This document shows positions 25,976 through 29,893 of a stretch of DNA of 29,893 bases, in pieces. Location: contig JBCBZT010000073.1 in assembly GCA_039815185.1 (NCBI GenBank), positions 1 to 29,893 of the forward strand, given 5' to 3'. This DNA is from Cyanobacteria bacterium P01_A01_bin.123 (GTDB taxonomy: Bacteria > Cyanobacteriota > Cyanobacteriia > Phormidesmidales > Phormidesmidaceae). The notes beneath the pieces are model-generated. The model worked only from the letters and a program-made list of their open reading frames with translations, made no database searches and had not been told where the DNA came from. A program made the translations under genes and the position numbers. Numbering within the stretch: the stretch's first letter is position 1; every line of letters starts with the position of its first letter.

Positions 25976-25997
25976 CTCAACTCCTCACTCCATAAAC

Positions 25998-26822
25998 CTA
26001 GCCAACAACGTGAATAGGGCCTTTAACTGCACCACTAAAGAACTGCCGCATCAATGGGTTATCTGTACCGTCAATTTGATCCACACTGCCGTTCCACTGG
26101 ATTTTACCCTGATGTAGAAAAAGTACCCGATCGGCAGTTCGGCGGATAGTGCTGTCCTGATGGGTCACCATAATGTAGGAACCACAACCATCCCGACGTT
26201 GGATGTCTCGAATCAAATCCTCAATCACGGTCGAAGCAATCGGATCAAGCCCTGCCGTAGGTTCATCGTAAAGCAGTAAATCGGGGTGGTCGCGTGGACT
26301 GTCAGGGTTAGCGATGACTGCTCGGGCAAAGCTCACCCGTTTGCGCATGCCCCCCGAGAGTTGAGCCGGATAGCGATCGCTAATGCCAGGTAAACCGACC
26401 ATATCTAAGGCGTGCTCAACCAGTTGATGAATCGTGCGTCGTGGCAAACGAGAATGTTGATACAGCGAGAAACCAACATTTTCTTCAACCGTCAATGAGT
26501 CAAACAGAGCGGCTTGTTGAAACACCATACCGGTGCGTAACGGTGACGGGGTATCGTCAATCAGGCCGCTTCGGGGGACGCCTGACATATATATTTCCCC
26601 TGAATCAGGCGATAGCAGTCCGGCGATGATGCGTAAAATCGTCGACTTGCCAGTGCCAGAGGGGCCAATAATCGCGATGGCTTCCCCTCGATAAATGGTA
26701 AGGTTAAGCCCGTCCAAGACTCGACTGGCCCCAAAGGTTTTGGAAATATTTTTGAGCTCGACTAACGGCTCGTCGTTGCAATCTTGCTGTAATTCTGTTG
26801 TTAACTCAGACATCCCTGGCAA
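25998..26822 (-). CDS. mlaF: MlaF/TGD3-like ABC transporter ATP-binding protein
   Basis: GPSGTGKS, FQQAALFDSLTV, LSGGMRKRVSFARA, YDEPTAGLDPIAS; lies directly upstream of mlaD. The start may be 26813. Confidence 0.92.
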   Translation of the reverse strand: MPGMSELTTELQQDCNDEPLVELKNISKTFGASRVLDGLNLTIYRGEAIAIIGPSGTGKSTILRIIAGLLSPDSGEIYMSGVPRSGLIDDTPSPLRTGMVFQQAALFDSLTVEENVGFSLYQHSRLPRRTIHQLVEHALDMVGLPGISDRYPAQLSGGMRKRVSFARAVIANPDSPRDHPDLLLYDEPTAGLDPIASTVIEDLIRDIQRRDGCGSYIMVTHQDSTIRRTADRVLFLHQGKIQWNGSVDQIDGTDNPLMRQFFSGAVKGPIHVVG

Positions 26823-27148
26823 TGTAATGATAGAGGTCGATATGGGGCGAAGGTCGAAATCATGCTCTACTCCATGGGGGATCTGAGACAGCTGGGTTGT
26901 ACCTTGGGTTTAGTCTATCTGACAGGTTGCCTCCTGGGAGCATCCCCTGACTTTAAGCTGGCGTTTGATTTTCATTGTTTTCGGGGCGAATGGGGTTAGC
27001 CTAACTCCGCACTGGATTGTCCGGGCTTCTAGCCAACGGCTTTTGTATTATTCTGTGTTTTCGCCGATCGATTATTCAACTTAGGATTACGATAACAATC
27101 CCTAGCATCGTTAACCATCATAATCTTTAACCTTTTTTAAGTTGAAAA

Positions 27149-28519
27149 ATGCCCCTGGTTTCTTTGCAAAAACGCTTACGCCGTAGCCTGCGATCGCTCC
27201 AACAAGAGAGCATCTATTTGACGACGCCTCACATTAGCCGCTGGTTTAAGTGGTTAATTCCGGGCCTATTTGTCAAGCGATGGTTGTTTCTGAGTACCGT
27301 GGGTGTCTTGATGGTTTCCGTGGGGGCTGCCATTTGGCTCAAACTGACCCCTGTGTTTTATACGGTTCAGTTTGTTGGATCGACCCTGAGATTTATTTCT
27401 ACGGTCGTGCCAAGCTACATCAGTGGGCCGCTGGGGATTGCCCTGGGGATTTTATTAATTTGGTGGGGGCAAACCCGTACCCTGGGCGCGATCACTGAAG
27501 TATTGATGCCGGGTAGCGAAGACGAACTGGTGGATGTCTTGATGCAGCGGCGACGACTCTATCGTGGTCCTAAGATCGTTGTGCTAGGTGGTGGTACCGG
27601 GCTCTCAACCCTCCTCCGGGGGCTAAAGCACTATAGCGCTAACATTACCGCCATCGTGACGGTAGCAGACGATGGTGGTTCATCTGGACGGTTACGTCGT
27701 GAGATGGGGATACTGCCCCCCGGAGATATCCGTAACTGTTTAGCAGCCCTAGCTAGTGAAGAGAAATTGCTCACAGAACTGTTTCAATATCGATTTAGTT
27801 CAGGCAATGGGTTAACGGGGCACAGCTTTGGCAACTTATTTTTGTCGGCCCTGACCGACATTGCAGGTGACTTAGAAATGGCGATCGCAGCCAGTTCTAA
27901 AGTTCTTGCTGTACGGGGCGAAGTGCTGCCTGCGACCCTCAGCGACGTGCGCCTATGGGCAGAACTGAGCGATGGCCGGCAGATTGAAGGGGAATCGAAT
28001 ATCACCGCTGCCAAAGGCCGGATTGTGAAGATTGGCTGCACCCCTGCCGATCCGCCAGCCTTGCCCAAAGCACTCAAGGCGATTCAAGAAGCCGATCAAA
28101 TCATTATTGGCCCAGGCAGTCTGTACACCAGCATTATTCCGAATTTATTGGTACCGGAAATAGCCGACGCAATTGCCCACCGCCGTGTCCCTAGCGTTTA
28201 CGTGTGCAATATCATGACTGAACCGGGGGAGACTCAAGAATTTAAAGTGTCAGACCATATCCGGGCGATTGATGAGGCTTGTGGGCGTCCCCTATTTGAT
28301 GCTGTGCTAGTGCAAAAGCGGTTGCCTTCACCCCAGGCCATAGCCCACTATGCCAAAGAAGGCGCAATTCCGGTAGACCTCGATCGTGACACCGTAATTG
28401 CATCAGGACGTCGCATCGTGATTGCAAATGTAATGAAAGAAGACGAGAAGACCAGGGCTATCCGCCACGACCCCGGTCGATTGGCGCGGGTGTTACTGCG
28501 ATGGTACACAAAGCACTAA
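27149..28519 (+). CDS. yvcK: YvcK/UPF0052 (CofD-like) protein with N-terminal membrane extension
   Basis: [55 protein letters not shown]. Confidence 0.93.
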   Translation: MPLVSLQKRLRRSLRSLQQESIYLTTPHISRWFKWLIPGLFVKRWLFLSTVGVLMVSVGAAIWLKLTPVFYTVQFVGSTLRFISTVVPSYISGPLGIALGILLIWWGQTRTLGAITEVLMPGSEDELVDVLMQRRRLYRGPKIVVLGGGTGLSTLLRGLKHYSANITAIVTVADDGGSSGRLRREMGILPPGDIRNCLAALASEEKLLTELFQYRFSSGNGLTGHSFGNLFLSALTDIAGDLEMAIAASSKVLAVRGEVLPATLSDVRLWAELSDGRQIEGESNITAAKGRIVKIGCTPADPPALPKALKAIQEADQIIIGPGSLYTSIIPNLLVPEIADAIAHRRVPSVYVCNIMTEPGETQEFKVSDHIRAIDEACGRPLFDAVLVQKRLPSPQAIAHYAKEGAIPVDLDRDTVIASGRRIVIANVMKEDEKTRAIRHDPGRLARVLLRWYTKH

Positions 28520-28659
28520 GCCACGCCAATTTGACTTGAATAAGCCCCAGAGCCCAGATAAAAGGGGTTTTTGAGCTGATCGTTTAGGGAAATTGGGGAG
28601 CTCAGATTCAGATAGGGACGAGGTTTGAGGGCCAGAATATTGGCAAGAAGGCATGATGC

Positions 28660-28914
28660 TTAAGCGCGATCGCTGATGGTATCCAGCTTACGAGTGATCC
28701 AACCCATTAGACCACTCAGAATTGCCCCAGCCATCAAAATGCCAATGGCAGGCATAAATAGCGGATCCCAAAAGCGATACCAAACATTTAAGCCAAGGTT
28801 GATGTTGAAACTATGGCCTATCAGTGCGATCGCAAACCAGGCAAAACTTATCAACACGAAAAAGAAATTCCACATTAAAACCGTGTTGAGTCCTTTAATC
28901 ACCGTTTCCTTCAT
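28660..28914 (-). CDS. Small two-helix membrane protein, hypothetical
   Basis: Two hydrophobic helices with a W..FWDPLFMPAIGILMAGA pattern. Confidence 0.7.
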   Translation of the reverse strand: MKETVIKGLNTVLMWNFFFVLISFAWFAIALIGHSFNINLGLNVWYRFWDPLFMPAIGILMAGAILSGLMGWITRKLDTISDRA

Positions 28915-28990
28915 AGGTCAATCAATTAAAAAAATATGGCCGACCTCATTCTAGGACAGCCATACTGTAGAAGTAACGGATCGTTTCAGC

Positions 28991-29179
28991 TTATCCAAGG
29001 GTATTCATTTCAGTCGTAGGTAACTCAAGATTATCTGGATCAACGTAGTGACAAACGGCATCGTCAATGCAGATTAACGCCCAACCAGACTCTTCAATGC
29101 CGACCAGATGATAGTCTGCCTCCTGAACGAAAAATCCTTTGTGATTGCGGGTTTCAGGCTTCACTTCTACAGTATGCAT
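28991..29179 (-). CDS. Small acidic hypothetical protein
   Basis: Plausible ATG at 29179 (MHTVEVKP...), co-oriented with the downstream gene, with a beta-rich-looking sequence. Confidence 0.55.
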   Translation of the reverse strand: MHTVEVKPETRNHKGFFVQEADYHLVGIEESGWALICIDDAVCHYVDPDNLELPTTEMNTLG

Positions 29180-29662
29180 AGTCACAACTTTTAACTCCAA
29201 ACCAAAGAACTATAAGGAATAAACCACATCCAATTTCAAAACCTTGAATTTTTAGTTTGAGGAAACGTTTGAGCTTGTAGCTCAGAGAGAATTGAGGATC
29301 TAGATGTGGGCAAGACTTATCTCAAAGTGGAAAAGGATGTTTCAAAAGAAGAACTTATCCTTTTCTTTACTAAAGCTTATCATTCTCCTTATCGATCCCT
29401 TATTAAGTTATCTGACTGTTTCAAGCAAAGACGATGGCGCAATTCAACCGGGATTAAAACCTTTATAAAAAACCAAAGCCCAAACCTACCAGGGATCTTA
29501 TCCGTTGATCTCGAATGGGTTTGGGTGACTATTTGGCGCTCTAATAGCTTAAAGCTTTGTAATTTCCCTCGGATGAAAAAAATACTTACCTTTAACAGTT
29601 CAGGTGCTAAACCATGTCTGATTTGAGAACTTGAGTCTCTAGCTTAAGAAAGACCATAGATC

Positions 29663-29778
29663 GGGAGCATCCCGAATGTGAAAAAACATTAGATTGCTAG
29701 GGAGCCATTGAGATAAGTACAGCGAAGAGAAAGCATAGCATTGACATTGTCAGCTTTCCACTGAGCCCCCGAGATTTT
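29663..29778 (-). mobile_element. Right-end remnant of an ISKra4-like insertion sequence (transposase C-terminus plus putative terminal IR)
   Basis: KISGAQWKADNVNAMLSLRCTYLNGSLAI* resembles cyanobacterial ISKra4-family transposase C-termini. GGGAGCATCCCGAATGTGAAAAAA at 29663-29686 directly follows the stop, where an IR is expected. Confidence 0.7.
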
Positions 29779-29893
29779 CTCGATGAAGAAGTCGCGGCTG
29801 TGCGGGTCCAGTTCGATACAAATGAAGGTCCAATCGTTCGCGTTGGGCAGCACCGCTCGGTAGTCCTGGTTGTCCACTTCCACCTCCGTTTGC

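Larger units (their letters stand above)
843..28833. repeat. Dispersed HIP1 octamers GCGATCGC
   Basis: Roughly 40 copies by hand count (e.g. 843, 1594, 3953, 4457, 4697, 4937, 6061), far above chance. HIP1 is a cyanobacterial hallmark. Confidence 0.9.

Noticed and set aside
24659..26822. Missing mlaE permease as an anomaly
   Set aside because: To my knowledge the permease is commonly unlinked from mlaF-mlaD in cyanobacteria.
305..28954. Numerous short antisense or overlapping ORFs in the track (e.g. 1708..2118, 2529..2918, 11508..11846, 25032..25526)
   Set aside because: Shadow frames of well-supported genes with no independent motifs.
29306..29626. 106-aa plus-strand ORF
   Set aside because: AT-rich, GTG start, no recognisable motif; more likely upstream or regulatory DNA of the minus-strand small genes.

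Overview
Cyanobacterial chromosomal DNA. The HIP1 octamer GCGATCGC occurs roughly 40 times by hand count, and the gene content is Leptolyngbya-like. The window opens with the 3' end of a class C (IIC-type) group II intron: the probable last codons of its RT/maturase, then domains V and VI, with the 3' splice site at 139. This intron appears to interrupt a TPR-CHAT caspase-like protease gene. The first 12 kb is a CHAT/TPR hotspot containing three CHAT proteases with intact His/Cys dyads (the two complete ones have apparent export signals), an unannotated 3'-end scar of a fourth CHAT gene, a TPR-only gene and a Uma2 nuclease, all arranged around a dienelactone hydrolase-Rps1b pair. One CHAT protein carries an unusual ~92-aa long-helix repeat and a possible PPC-domain vestige. 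The rest mixes core genes (D27-like, RluA, 1-Cys peroxiredoxin, ArsA/Get3, MlaF/MlaD, YvcK) with accessory ones: a DM9 lectin behind a perfect cyanobacterial LexA box, a GH104 muramidase, an AT-rich sulfotransferase, a truncated EEP nuclease and a 2OG-Fe(II) oxygenase. The window ends in a chimeric ISKra4-like remnant. All family calls come from motif recognition by eye; no database searches were run.
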